DNA of 64,000 nt from contig CDROCS010001609.1 of assembly GCA_977020255.1 (NCBI GenBank), positions 186,001-250,000 on the forward strand, in the 5' to 3' direction. Shown one piece after another: positions 15,329 through 30,694 of this stretch. Numbering within the stretch: the stretch's first letter is position 1; every line of letters starts with the position of its first letter. Both the position numbers and the translations under genes were made by a program. Source of the DNA: Obrimoposthia wandeli. Its lineage: Eukaryota. The notes beneath the pieces are model-generated. The model had not been told where the DNA came from. It did not search any database and saw only the letters and a program-made list of their open reading frames with translations.

Positions 15329-17881
15329 CGTAGAAATAATTACTTAATAAAATTACTTTATAGAAAATATATAAACATAAATAAATAAGGAATATTATAA
15401 ATTAAATGTACAAAAAAGAAATAAAATTCAATTCAGAATCTGAAAATCTACAAATTCGAGGTTTTAGTACATGAAATATTTTAGAACTGGGTCAAAGAAG
15501 TTTATCATATGTTCGTCTTTTAAAATACGATATTTTAAATAAATTTATGTAAAAAATACAAAATTTATATTCATTAAAATTTTGATAGCTATAAATGATA
15601 TAATTTTTCCTGTTTTTAAAATGTTTTTTTCCTTAAAACAATATTAAAATTAAGTTTATTTTAATTTAGTGAAATATATCAAAAAATAAAACTCATAAAC
15701 AGTAATAACAGATAAAAAAACCTTTAAGAAATACTAAAAATTCATTATTTGTTAAATTTATTTTATTTCAATATACTGAAAATTTTATTTTTCTATCTGT
15801 TTTAAAAAACAATATCGAAAAATTTAATATATAAGTTATTTATTAAAATAATAACTTGAATATTACAACAAATGTGAAGAATAGTATAAAAATTGAAAAT
15901 GGATAACCCAAGATTCGTCGTTTTCTTTCCTCACTTGGGTGGTGTTTCAACTTATCCATTTACCCATTAATTGCTTGTTTAAACATTTTTACTTTGTTAA
16001 TTTTGAAATTTTCACTAAAATTAAAAAGTGAAAAACATTTATAAAAATCTATAAATCTTTCTTTTTTCTAAAAATAAAAAGATGACAAACCAATACTAAA
16101 CACAATTTTATTGTGATTCTTCTCATAAAATTATTTAAACTTACACAGCTTATATAAGTCATATAAAATCTAAAACAGATTAAAATAATTTAGATAATGA
16201 AGGTACTAAACAAGAGGTAGAAGATTATAAAGATTATCAAGATACTAAACTATACAAATAATATATAAATCCAATATATAATTATGATTTGGAAATTTTA
16301 AAAGGTTTTAATAGTAATGTATCGAATAGATATATAAAACTTTAAACTAATACAAAATCAGTATCTAATAAATTTTACAGCATTATCTTTCCAAATCTAA
16401 CAAAAAGTTATAGTAAGTTAAACAATAAAAAATCTTTCAAATATCATATTGAAATAATTGTAAAATATTTGAAAGAACCTAAAAATGAAATTTATATAAC
16501 TGATACAGTGTTTGAGTCAAATGCAACAATTTATCACAATATAGATGAACATTCAAAATAAACTAAACACTCAACGGCCAGAGTTTGAAGGTTGTGGAAG
16601 TGGTTTAGTATAAATAAAGTTAACAGTTTTTCTTCTTTAAAACCATACATGTGTGCTTGAAGTGAAATGTCATGGATGTTTGTAAAGAAAACTTACACAT
16701 GTCCTGAATTTTAGACGAATATATATACTTTTCAACTGTACAAGAGCAGTTTACTGACGGTGGTACAGTGGTCAAGGTTGTGAACTGAAATTGGAAGATT
16801 AAGCGCATAGGATACTTTAATTCTATCAAGAGTGATTTCTAGCAGGCGCCTATGATTCTTGGGTCACCATTTAACTTCTGAAATCCCTCAATTTGTCCTC
16901 ACATGTACCGACTGTATTATACCACTGCCATTAAATCCCTACTACTTTATTAATTACTACTTTAATTATTAATTTCAAAAAGTAAATTATATGTGTTTTT
17001 AAATGCAACTCCCCTCCACCCTCACTCCCACCACAAAATACCTTTTTACCCAACTTTATACACATTAAAACTGAAAATTCCATTGTGTGCACATAGAGTG
17101 ACAAAAAACCTGAGAGGCCATCTGAGGGCCAAAAAGTATGTGTGATTTTCTTCTTCACATTCTTGAGGCACGAAAAGAATTTCTGTTTAAGTATTTATAT
17201 CCATATACACTCAAAAAAGGGTATGCATTTCCCTCATCTATCATCAAATATCTACTGCTCCAACTACACACAGACAAACTTAAGGAATCTTAACAAAATA
17301 CTATGATTCTTTGAATAAACTAATTGTAAATATTTTTCTAACCCATGATACACTCACAGATGTAGTCATAAACTTAATAAATGATACGAATTTTCAAATA
17401 AATTATTCAAATAACACGCTATCATTGGACGACGAAAGAGGGTTTGTCAGATGTTAGTGTATGAGGAGACATATTCAATATTTTTCAAAATTTCTAAATC
17501 ATCAAAATTCCATTTTTAATAATGTTGACGTTGATTCAGAGATTTAAGATCAACTTTATGGAGACCTTTCTCAGTGTAGAGACGAACACTACCACTGTCG
17601 CAGTATATGACTTACTTAGTAAAGACTCGACGGTGATGAGCCAACCTCTCGCTATGAAAAGACAAGACGGTAGAGGCTTTGCTGAATGTCGACTGGATTA
17701 GTCAAATGTCAAAATGTCAAATGAACCTCTCGCCATTTTCATTCAAAAAGCTGCAAAATTGGGAGGAGCAGCAGCGCGAAGAAAAAGGTGTATATAGATC
17801 TCAATATATCGATCTGATTAGACAGGATTCAAAAGATAATTGGGAAGACTGTACTCTTCATCGGGATGCAGTCACCGTTAC

Positions 17882-18075
17882 TCAGCCGTAAACTTCAGTG
17901 GAAACAGCAAGGAGGCCATTATTTGTAATCAACTTATTCAACTCTTTCACATCATACACGCACTTAAAGTTAGCATACGATAAAGGCTGAGTAAGCGCCC
18001 ATCTATACAAATTAGTAATATCGATGTACAGAATCTCTGTGGATTGATTTCTGACGACAAAATATTTGTTTCGAA
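17882..18075 (-). pseudogene. Isolated Polinton pPolB fragment
   Basis: NQSTEILYIDITNLYRWALTQ is nearly identical to the PolB segment at ~32650-32730. Confidence 0.8.
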
Positions 18076-19104
18076 TCAATGAAAATCTGATTTATTTCCT
18101 ATGTAAAAATTTCGGTTTATAAATTTAATAAATATTTTTGTCATTAATTTGAAGAACCAGTAAAGAAAATGACCCAAAAAATAACAAAAGTGCCCTCTAA
18201 TTATAAGTCAAAAATATGTAAACTCAAATTGAAAAACATAAATAGATTGGAGATATCAAATGATTAATTTTAAGATAAAAAATAATATGAGCATTTCTAT
18301 TCCCGTTGTACTCCATATCTGATAACAGAAAAGTTATCAAAATTTCCGAAAAAAGAATAACTGTAGCTCTATGTGGAACGATTAAAATCACACCTAATAC
18401 TGCCAATAAAAAAACCATAATACTGCCAAAATTACTACAACACATTTACAACTGATGGACACTGGGATAATAAGAAATGTTAAGTTATTTTAACGTAAGC
18501 CAAGAATTTATGTATCATTTAATATCATGTGGATGTAAAAAAAGCAATTTTCTTGATTGAACTTTCTTCAGTAAAACTAGATAATTAAAAATAGTTTAAG
18601 GAAAACTGGTATTATACAATTATCGAAGAATAATTTGATTTTCATGGTTTGTAACATTAAAATATAAATGATCTAGACAACATAATTTCTTCGGATAAAA
18701 CTAGAGAAACAATGCAATTATAGTTATTGTTTATTATTTAATTTTTAAAAAAATATTTCATCCAGATTTTAGAAACCATTTAACCGAAAATAAACAAAAT
18801 ATCGAAAAATATTGTATGCTATAAATTACATTGAATGATTCAGGCGAAAATAATTGAATGAAATTATGTGCATCTATGTTAATATTCAGAATAAAACGTA
18901 ATCCAAAAAACCCCGCTATCCGTAACTAAGTTCGGATTATCGGGGGTAAACTGTATTTACGTAATTACCCGCTTTGATATACTAAGTTTAAATAAATAGA
19001 AAATAGTCTGACATAAGAACATCTAATCAAATATATTTGGGTGTTATCAAATCTAGGTAATAAAAAAATCAGTAGCATCGTCAATAGAAGATATATAGCT
19101 GGTC

Positions 19105-22100
19105 TTATTGTAGGTCAATTCCCAACTTTTTTAACTCGCTCAATAAATTTTTCTTAATGGCCCACAGCTTCAGTTTTTCCCGCTCACGTGTCAGCTGATC
19201 CAACTTTACGCTGTTCTCGCGCATTTCGTTCTTCATCCTGTTCATGATTTGGATCTTTTGCTTTTTGTAGCTGTGTCCAATCGTGTTAGGAAGTAGGGAC
19301 AGCAGGTCTTCATTTGTCTAAAACGCGGAATTTACCAAAATTATATTTATTTACTGCAATGTAGTAAAAGTTGATTAAACATAAATAAACGAATACTGCA
19401 AATTAAAATCCGTGATAAACCGTATCTTTTTGGCACAAAAATAGAACATTTCAAGATTTTATGGCAAAACCTAGTAACTTACCCAATGTTTATATTTAGA
19501 AAAATGCAATAACTACGACTGACTGTACATACTAGATTTTAGATTTAGGGATAACAAGAGTAACACGAAAACTAGGCCAAAACCTAAAAAGTCAAAAAAA
19601 TCTGCCATTGTACGGGATTGTAGGTAGACCGAATAATAGATTTACCCATAAATAATAAATATAACAAAGTTTATTTACTGAGATTTATTTAAACTTGTTT
19701 ATTTATCATTTTATTTAAAGCAGCAAGCATAATGAAGATTACATTCATCATATTTTTAATACCATTTTAAATAAACATCTTCTAGAGTTCTCAAATGTTT
19801 AGGACCAATATTTTAATTTTATTTCAGAACATATAAATGAATCGATTATTTCAGCATAATTTATAAATTACCGATCATACAAGTACCAGTTTTCAAGTTG
19901 GCGGCAAAAGTGTATAGATGGCGCAAAAAAGATCAATCTATGTTCAATTCGCTTCAATTTTAGATTACATATGCAGGGTATGGCAAAGAGCAGTAAAGGT
20001 TTATTGTACAAAATGAATATTAAGGAAATACCTTGTTTAGCCTCTCTCGTTGTTTGAAGGCGGCATCCAGCTCCAATGAGAGTTTCTGGATTTGTTCAGT
20101 CTTCACTCTTAGTCTGCATATGATTTATGTGATTATCAATACAAAATTAGAGTAATGTAAACAATATCAAATATTCTGATAGATTTAACTACTAGGATAA
20201 AAATATATATTTACGTTTTTTTTGTATTATAACAAATTTAAAGATATCAGACACATATGGTTATAGCAACTGTATAATAAAAATTATATGTTACTTAGGT
20301 TGTTCAAAACGTTTCTACTATTTAATCCAGATAAGTAGCTCCTAACAGATGATTCTCAGATGTGAATAAAGTGGGTTAGGTGGTTAGTCTACCAGTGCCA
20401 TTGATATAGCAATTTCTTTTGTTTTCCCCCAAGGTAACAAAGCATGAGAACTATTAAATCGCATAACGACATCCGTTGGTGGAGACGATTCCTGTTGCTT
20501 ATTTAGGCTGAGCAAAGCAGTACTTGATGAATTAAAGAAATGAACATGATATATAAATTAATTTTATTATTTAGCATTAACCACTATGCAAGAGAACGAA
20601 GAAAATCTGAATGAAAATTGACTCTAAGTTTCAGAACTCTTTGTTAAACAAATTAGATTATTTTCTTAATAAATAATCCTTCTAGTTCTGTATATGTTGG
20701 ATAAGATGTTGAAAGATAATACTTAGAAAGCCGATCAAAGCACTTACTGTTCGTCCACATTAACTTTCTGGCCAACCAGATTTTTGCAATCCTCATTGTT
20801 AGAATGGAGCTTACCGACGATGCTCTTGATGTTATCCAGTAATGATTTCCTGAATGAGATCGATGTTTTAATAATCATTTATACGTGTATTTAAAAAAAA
20901 CATAAAATACCACATGACAGTTTCTCAACGAGAATCAATGTTCTATCTAAATTTGATCTCATCTTACAAAGGAAGTCATTGAAGTTAAATCACAAATATC
21001 CACATTTACCAAATGCTCTCATAAAGGGTCAGAAATCATGTTAATATATTAAATTTATGCATAAGAACATTGTTTGAATGAAGCATAGCTGAGGGCTTCA
21101 TACATTTATGATATTAAAAACAATTTTGATCTAATTTTAAAAGGTCATTTTGATGTTAAGCAAAGTTAAGATAATGTATAACCCCTCAAAAATTACCGAG
21201 GTTGGAAAAATAAATACTGATTGGATAAATAATAGTAATTAATCGGTTCAATTTTAATAATTAGGGTTAAATTTGTTACAATAAATAAGATTAAAAAAGT
21301 AAATTTTAAAATATCATAAAGATCTGTAATTTTCACCGTCGATAAATTCCTTAATAAAATTAGTAAAAGTAAGTATCGAACATACAAACATTTAAAAAAA
21401 GGGTTTGGATGTTGATTTTATAAATGGAGTTGGTAAAGAAAAATAAATTTATCATTGATGCTATAACTTAGGTTGAAGTTGATAAAGCATGTTGTTCCAG
21501 ATCTCAAATTACTTAATGGACCATTGTCATCATAAACGTCCTCAAGCAAACGACTTTCAAAAAATATTGAAGTTAAAACATTCATCAAAATAAATTTTTG
21601 ACACGTAAATAGACATTTTAACTGACATTATAAAAATGAACTCACTCTATTTGAATCTTGAATTCACATAAAACAGTCTTGATGAAGTCCTACAAAAGGT
21701 ATTAAATATATCTTTCCAATAATAAAACAGTTACATTGCACTCATCAACGATGTCAGACTCGGTCTGCAGTTGACTATTGAGAGTGTCGATCTTTTCCTG
21801 AAGGCCCGTAATGACAGCGTTTTCTTCGAAATCGTCACTAGTGGCTTCATACATTGAAGAAGCCTCCAAGATCAAGTCTTCTGCCTCAATCTGATTATCC
21901 TGTACAAATAGGTTTGTGGGTTCGATAAACAGTAGGTTAGTGCAATACATGACAGTACAATGAAGTAGAAAAGTTTTTGTTGTTGCTATCTTAAATAGAG
22001 AATGGCGAAAAAGCAAAAATATAATTATAAATATGAACAATTTATTTAAAGTCAAACATGTAAAATGTGAACACCTTCAAACGTGAACATTGATTAATAT

Positions 22101-25100
22101 GAACATTTTAAAATTTATCGAATTCTCATAACTTTGTTAGTTTTATGGCGTGGTGTTTTAATTTTACTTTTTTAGATTTCGTTATTCTGCAAGTCCCATA
22201 AAGTGAACATTAAATTCAGCTGTTTTAGCATTTCCAAAAGTACGCATATCACTTTTTAATTTTTAGAGAAAAATTGAACTCCTAATTATTGGAAAATAAT
22301 TTTTCACAGTAAAAGTTTCCAAAATTAATCTGATGTTCACATTAAACAGGTTTGACTATATTTATTTTAAGTCATTACTCAGTTTTATGTGAAAATTTAC
22401 GAGGAACTATATTTTAGAAAGAACCATTTAGAAATTCTGGAAATCACTCAATTCGACCGTACTTACATTCTCAGTTTGGGTGAACGAGTCCACACTGCTG
22501 CAAATAAGGCTTTCATTAAGAGTATGCTGTATGTTATTCATCTGGTTGCACAACTTTTCCATTTCCTCGGCTTGTGCGGCATCTCGTTTGGCCAACTGCA
22601 AATAAATGTATATAACTAAAAAAGCAAAAATTATTTGAAAACAAGTCCCCAGTAAGTTATTATTACATATTAAAAAAAAGAAAATTCAAAATCCCATTCA
22701 GAAAATTGACTTCCAACTAGCTGCACTACGAAAATATTCGAATGTAGCCTTTAATAAATTTCTTTTTTTCCTTTGGTATACTTTTCAAAAATTACGATTT
22801 TAGAACTGGCGATGTGGGACTTATTTATCTAAAACTATTTATTAGATATTTACTTCTTCGCCTCGTCGCGGCTTTAAAATGACAAAAAATTGATTAAAAG
22901 AATGTACTGTAAAACTATAAAATAATTTTCATAAAACTAATCAAATTTAGTTCTGAAACAAACCTCAATATCGTGTTTCTTGTAGATATCTTCAATTATC
23001 TTTTCATTAGTCTCTTCACAGCTATTGTACTTCTCCAGTACAGACTCCATTTCATTCTCCAGATTATTCTGCTGTTCTGTGAGGTCCTTAACGACGTCTT
23101 CAAGTTCTATCCCTTGGTCTATGGCATGTTGCAGTGAGGCTTGAATTGTTATCTTCTCCGACTCAGTGGTCTCCAGGCGAATGATCAAATCCCGAACTTG
23201 TGACTGTAAACTGAGCAACTCCTTCGCCAGATTCGAATCCTGTTTGATGATAAACGTAAATTTTGATGTTTAAGCTTTCTAATCAGATTGAATAGTTTTT
23301 AAATTCGAAATAGTTTGAAGAAAACCAAACAGAAACAAAAGCTAAAAATGACACAAATGCATATTTCAGACAATATTGACACGGGTTATAATTGAGAGAT
23401 AAAATTAAGCGCTCCAAAATTCATCTACAAACAGACACCAGAATACCCAGTTCATACATATAAAATCCCTATAAACTAAAAACGTTTTGAAAAAAAAATA
23501 GTTACATTTCAGAACTCATCGTATTTGTATCATATAAAAACCGCATAAAAGGTTTGATTTCAACCAAAAAATACGGGACAGTAATAATCTTACGTTAGCA
23601 CTGGATACAAGATTTACATCAGAAGCTTTTGTCTTTGTTTCTAGTTCTACTTGGAGGTTCTCTATACTCTGAAAGTAAACTTCCTGTTTCTGTTCGAGTA
23701 AGTCACATTGTTTCTTGAGAACAGCATTGTCTTCGAGATAACTGTATTTCTCAGATTCTATATTTTCCAGACTCAGCTTAAGTTCATCAATCTATAAAGA
23801 TCAATTATTGTTAAACACGTCATATATACTCACATCCTTATTCAATTTATTGATTGACTTTTCATAGGCATTTTTCATATCATTCTTTTCTGTAGACAGC
23901 GATTTGATCGTTTGTTCGTAATCCTTAATTTTGAGTTCCTTTGTCTCATTCTTTTGTTTTAAATCTGATAAGATGGATTTAAAAGTCAAATTAAATGTTT
24001 AAAAGTTGCGCTTTTATGACATGCTAAACAAATAACAAAAGAACCTCAAATAAATATTTTTCTTTCAAAAAAACAAGGGGAAATCTTACCCTTATAATTC
24101 TTTTCTAGACCTTTGAATTCCAGCAGTTGCTTTTTCAGATCTTCATTATTCTAAAATAGTTTAAGTCAAAGATCCTTTTGAAAACTTACAATTCGAAGAT
24201 CTTTAACATCACGTTCAAGAATAAATATCTTTTCGTTTTCCGCCTTCTCCATTAACATATTTTGGGCAAAGGTTGGATCGAATTCCTAAATATATATTTT
24301 GGTTAGAAAAATAATGGAAAATATTACCAATAAATTCTGAAAGTCATTTCGAGCTACAAGAGCTTTTCTTGGTCGACTGTTAATACATTTAAAGTTGTTT
24401 GTAAGCATTGTCATCTTTTTTTGAGCTTTGTCCACGAATTCATTATTGTTTTTGTTGCGATTTTTTAATGCATCATATTCCTTTTCTAATCTACGGTAAG
24501 CCTCCTTGTAGTAGTTGATAGACTCTGTATCATTAACTTTCGTCTGTAATAAAGATTAATTAAATAAAGTGGATAAAAAGAAAAAAATATATAAAAAAGA
24601 TTTCAAAATAAATATATCAAACATGAGGCTTGAGAGAAACTAAGTCACGCTCTTCATCTGGTTCAAAAACCCAACGTAGTTTTTTTTTTATTTATTATAA
24701 TTATGTTAGTCAAGGTTTTGAGAACAATATCAGATATGACAAATAAAAATCAGATGCATATATTAAGACTTTTAAATCCTTTAAAGGTCTGTTCATTTCC
24801 TACAAAAAAACGGTCACTTTGAATGGCTTTAATACTGCTATGAAGGAAGTCTTTTGAGTCGTCAAATGTATCCATTTATGCAACAGTGCTTAAATTACAC
24901 AAAATTACATAGCTACCGATTACACAAATTAAAACTTTTTTACAACAAAAGGCGCCATTTATGTCGTAAGTTAAGTGATTTAGTTTAAATAACATATACA
25001 GAATCGAGGATTTTCAGTTACTAAATATTGAATATTAAATACATTTTTAGCAGTTAAAAATGTTCCGTTTAACCAACAACTCTACATATGTGAAACTAAT

Positions 25101-28100
25101 ATCTTGGTAGTTGGAATGCTTATAAACGATGGTTAGTTGTTTATTTTCTTAAATTCTTCCTTTTTTGTTTTAATTAATGTTGTCAGCTTTAGCTGGTTTT
25201 TAAACAGGTTTTCACATAACTTCTTGACTGACAAAAGTATTGTTAAATAAATAACACATATAAAGGGAAAATATTTAAAAGAAATTGTTGTTAATATAAA
25301 CTAAATCAAGGAAGAAAATACTCACATGATACGAATCCAGCTTATATTTGTTGAGTAACTCCTGCATTTTAACAAGATTCATTTTCTCCGACGTGAATAC
25401 ATCGGTCTTCTTTTTTAATTCTTTATCTAAACAAAAATGAAGTAACAATCTGGAAAAGCAAAAGAACACATTATGATTTGTACAAATAAAAATAATTTTC
25501 ATAAAGAGCTAAACTAAAAAATCCTGTACACCTTTCTTCAAATTTAACTGTTTGCAATATCCATATAATGATGAAAAATGTTATACAGTTTCTTATTATA
25601 ATACAGTTTGTACTTGAAAAATCCATATTTGTTTAAAAATAATAGTCATTGACATACCCACTACGAGTTCATTGTACTCGAGATAAACATTGGAGAGAAG
25701 GGTATCTCCGGAGATGGTATTGATGGTCTTGGCCTTCACTAGTTCAGTTTTGAGATGTTGAATTTCTGCTTCGAGCTTATCAACGCTAACCTCTTGACGA
25801 AGCTTGTCTTTGCACAACCCCATCTTTATATTGGCCTCCGCAATTGTTTGAATTAGTTCGTCAATTTGACCTTCTTCCTGATCAATATTGTGTTCTCGGA
25901 TCTTCTGTAGCGACTTGGTTAGCAGTTGGTTCTGTTTTTCAAGAATGGCACCTGAGTTTTCCATATTGGCCAGCGAGTTCGCCATGTACTCGATCTTTTC
26001 CACATGGTACTTAGCATCGTAAATGAGACATGCCCGTAAGATCATGGCGCTGATGAACTTTACTTTCCACACCGAATCGGTTTCCACTGAATAATGATGA
26101 AAAATGCGTTAATGATTTTAATTTATTACATTATTCCTTAAAATTAAACATTGTTTACTAACGATATAATGTTTTTTTTTTAAATTGTCATAATAAAAGG
26201 GTTGTTTCTTGTCAAGATAAATAAGTTAATTTAAAATAAATTCTCACTCTCGCTTTCTTTAATTGGCGGAAGTAGACAATGTATAGTCAACTGATATCTT
26301 AGTCGATTGACCTCTTCACGCAGCGACTCCAGATCTCCATGTATATCTAAGTTGATTTTAGCCTTGTTCTTGATCATTTTGGCCCGCCCTGCGAAGCCCA
26401 AAGTAGAGATCGACTCTCGCAAGAAAGCAGCATTTGGGTGGACACATGCAATCAATATCGCCTTGGAATTGCCACCAATCGAGTCCTGAAAATATTAGTT
26501 AAAAAGAATCAGACAAAATAGACTTAATGTAAGTGGTCGACTCAAAAAACCTAAAACTAGATATTAACTGAATATGTTACAATGTTCTATAAGATTATTT
26601 AATAATAGTCTAGTTTTTTTAATATAATTTTCTGAAAGAATATACTGTTAAATAATTTTATTTCGAAACTAACTTTTTTATTATTTTTTGTTTTCAAATA
26701 ATTTCTATTTGTAGAATATAAAATTGTTTTTTTTAATTTTACACGTATTACTAACTTTCAAGATTAAGGTCAACTTGGACTGTCGGTAGCAGACGTGTCG
26801 AGATTTTCCTTTTGATACGTCCGCTAGATTTCGAATGACATTTCCCAATGTCAACAGGGATTGATTGATCATACCGGCCTCCTTGAGACGAGTTCCTTCA
26901 CTCTTGGTGTGGGCCTGTCGCTCACTACCAGCTAAATCAACTAGGTAGAGACAACTACGCTTGATGTTGTCAATACCATTATTTTTCTCCTTCGATTCGA
27001 GAATTAATGAGAAGACGGCATGACTACGAGAACTCTCCCGATTCATATTTGTCGAGGCTACATGACGATTTGCCAGACCTGATTTGAGAACCTGATGGTG
27101 TAGTTAAATAGTGCTAAATTTTTTTTAAATAAATAAAAAATCTTATGCACCAAAAGGGAGACTATTTTTAAATATTTAATACTCAGGTTATTATTTTATT
27201 TGTGTATTTGCTAAAAATCATTGGTATTCTAACATGGAAACAATTAATGCAGAACGGCGACGTAATGTGGTCGATAGATTATATTTGACAATACTGAAAA
27301 GAGCGAATATTTTTGTGATAGTCGGAATAAGAAAAGCTTAAATAAAAAATAATAAATCTAAAACAGATAGAGTGAAATTCAGAAAGTGAAAGTTTTAACC
27401 GTTCAACTAAATACGAAATGCAAAGAAAATCAAAAATGTACTTAACCATATAAATCGTATTCTTCAAAAGAAAATTCACAACTACTTTCATTGTATATAT
27501 ACTTTCATTACTATATGACATTAGAAAACAGACTATCAAGTCAAAATATATATTTTATAATAAAATATGACATTTATAAAAAGTAATTATTTCCAGATAT
27601 TTGAAAAAAAATGTACCTCCTCTGCCTGTTTTGGACTAGTAACGATGACCTCCGTAAGCGGTTGAATGAACACCTCATTGTTTATGTTGACTCGAACATT
27701 AAGCCGCTGTTGTGATTTATCTAGTAAATCATAAACCTGTTCATTATAAATTTCTACGAAAGAGCATTTCAACAGATACTCCACTTCCGACTAAAGCAAA
27801 TAATTAAATTAATTTTTACAATAAAAATACTTTGAGCATTTTTTCAGCAATTCTGTTAAATATATAATCCAATCCTCGGGGAATTAATCCCGGTTGTTGG
27901 GTATTTCCAATCGCATCTGTGACACCTGTCATTGTGTATGTTTTACCACTGCTAGTTTGACCACTATACATTATTAAATAAATAAAATAAATTAGAACTT
28001 ACTATGCAAAAATTGTTGCGTTATATCCATTCATAAATGAATCAAATAAATCTTGACAATATTCAAAAATTTTGTCCTTTAAAAGATAATTATAATAATT

Positions 28101-28304
28101 TAAATGTATTCACTTGTGGTGCATCTTCGTTTGCAACATAGTCGAATGCATACTTTTGGGTTTCCCGATATACAGAATCATCATTCATGAGAATATTACT
28201 TGAAAAATTTGGCCTAATTCTAACAAGAACTTTTATGGACTCTTCTGAGCTTTGACTAAATTTCAATAAACTTATAGCATTAAAAGTTATTACCAAATGC
28301 TCAT
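19105..28304 (-). CDS. KIF15: Kinesin-12 / KIF15-like motor protein, multi-exon
   Basis: Motor motifs KVLVRIRP, IFAYGQTSSGKTYTM, SFVEIYNE, NRESSRSH, LVDLAGSER, RHVCYRQSKLT, DSIGGNS; then coiled-coil exons; last exon IGHSYKKQKIQIMNRMKNE resembles the KIF15/HMMR-type C-terminus; TAA at 19107-19105. Confidence 0.88.
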
Positions 28305-29271
28305 TTTAAATTTTATTTATATAAAAGATTTGAAATATACTTCTTAATATCAGAATAATTAAACAAATTTTTAAATAAAATATTTATTTTAAAGATAATA
28401 ATGTATTTTCATATGATAGTGGGTAAAGTTATTAAAATATAGTAAGTAATGGCAAAAAGTATGATATTATTTTTTTGTTTATTTTAACAACAGTAAACAT
28501 TTTAATTTTACTTTTGAACTTTAATTTCTTGTCGCAAACTTGTACTTTTTCTGGATTTTCGACAACGTGGAAAAGGTTCTGTCCTTAGTGGCTCTTTCGA
28601 TATTCTTGATATTCTTTCGATATTCTTTCGATTTCGATTGTACTGACTTTAAATCGCCTATTCCTTCTTCCTATATGATTTTGTTGGGGTTTCTATTTGA
28701 AATGCTTTGATTCAGATAGATCCCTTAGGGAGGCCCCCAACGTGAGTTCGGTAGAAATAGGGCTTACAGATGGATGTGGCCTATTTAGGTTTTGTATAAC
28801 TTAAATAAGTCTCAGATCTTAATGGGTTGTGCTATTGTTTTTGCGAGATGCGTACAGAGTTGTCTTCACCAATGTAACTGGTAGAGTTCCCGCTAATGTA
28901 GAGTGATGTGTAAATCGGTAAGTAGTGCTCTACAGCTATATGTGGGTACCAGAAATTAATCTATTCGAACTGTAGGAAAAACTATATTATTATACCAACT
29001 AAAAAGAATTTTCACAATTTGACAATTAGGTTGTCTAACGAAAGTTATTTCAAACACACCGTAACAAGAGATTACCCTAGACTGGTTTATGCCTTACAAT
29101 TTTCCTTGTAAATTGGATGTTATGAAGTTCGATCTCTTGATTGCAAAACTTTACAACTACAATTCAATATTACTTCACTATATAAGCTTATAGAATGTAC
29201 TACGCGATTTAAATTAAATTTAGCTTTGTATCGATTTATAAAATATACTCAGCGATTAATTTAACCTTCAC

Positions 29272-29548
29272 TATTACGATAACTTTATATTCACGATTAA
29301 TACAACTTTATATTCACGATTTCAACCACTTTATATTCACGATTTCAATAACTTTATATTCACGATAAAAATAACTTTATGTTCACGATTTCAATAACTT
29401 TATATTCGTGATCAAAATAACTTTATATTCACAATTTCAATAACTTTATATTCACGATCAAAATAACTTTATCTCAAGATTTCGATAACTTTATGGTCAC
29501 GATTTCAATAACTTTATATTCACGATTTCAATAACTTTATATTCACTA
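29272..29548. repeat. ~23-bp tandem repeat, about 12 copies
   Basis: Unit tcacgatttcaataactttatat. Confidence 0.9.
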
Positions 29549-29761
29549 TCAACATAAATTGCAACACTAAGATACATATTTCTGGACTCACCGTGATCTA
29601 TTAAAGATCGATTTGGTTCCTGTTGTTGGTTAGTCCACGAGGTCCTGTTGCTCCTCCGTCGAGATCCTTGAAGCCGGAATATCCGCTGGCTTGGTTTCTG
29701 CGTATTTTCTAGTTAATGTGTTTTATCTGTTTTACGTTTCTTGTCTTATCTCTGAAATTAT

Positions 29762-29968
29762 TTCAATCATTCGCTTCTAACGGAGCTTCTCAATTATATC
29801 AATCGTTCGTTTTTAACGGAGCTTCTCAATTATATCAATCGTTCGTTTTTAACGGAGCTTCTCAATTATATTAATTGTTCGTTTTTAACGGAGCTTCTCA
29901 ATTATATCAATCGTTCGTTTTTAACGGAGCTTCTCAATTATATCAATCGCTCGTTTTTAACGAAGCTT
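29762..29968. repeat. 36-bp tandem repeat, about 5.5 copies
   Basis: cggagc recurs at 29781, 29817, 29853, 29889 and 29925. Confidence 0.9.
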
Positions 29969-30694
29969 TTGCAATTTCTATATCCAACCAACAGAAAGTT
30001 CTTCAAATTTGATCCGCTTTATATAGTCGTTCATGTAAAATAGTTAATTAAATTCCACTTAACTAAATGTTCTTACCGTCAATTGATCTAGATCCCTCGC
30101 GTAATGGGTTTCTTAATTGATCAGCTTACAATTTCTCGCGCGTAAATGGCTTCTAATGGATTTGAGTCTGGCACTAAGTAGCGCCAGCTGGTACTGGTCC
30201 CAGCGCACGTTTGCTGCAGGAACTGTTTTTCTTTTTATAATTCTGTCTTTCACTTTAACTTCGTTAATTTTATTTGATTGCAAACTTCTGTTGTTAATTT
30301 TTCTTAATTGTAACTTCTATTTTCTTGCTTGAGTTTGATTTTCTTAATTAATTTGACTTTAACTTACCCATACAAGGCACGTAAGGCACATGACCTCTTC
30401 AAGGTCGTAAATCATTTTCTAAAATAATTTTATTTTTGAAATTTATTAACATTAAATTTACTTTCAACCTTGATTATAAGGTATAATTTTATTTTACTTT
30501 TTAGTTTTTCTAATTCTAACATACCTCCGGGGTTTTAAGAAAGTTACGTCCTCGGAACGGTATAGATTTTAGAAGTCATTCCCTTAACTCAATCAAACAC
30601 TTGATCTACATTACACTTGTAGATTTATTTAAACCTATCCAATTTTTTGCAAAACAAAATTCGGACTTTGTCATGAATATGTATTTACACTAAA

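Larger units (their letters stand above)
28682..30521 (-). mobile_element. LTR-like element (copy 1) with internal tandem repeats
   Basis: Plus strand starts tgttggggtttctat and ends ttctaaca; shares the ggcccccaacgtgagttc...agggcttaca block and the cttcaaggt block with copies at 50147 and 56147. Confidence 0.7.

Noticed and set aside
29272-29968. Short regular repeats as a CRISPR array
   Set aside because: Head-to-tail units without unique spacers, inside an LTR, in eukaryotic DNA with no cas genes.
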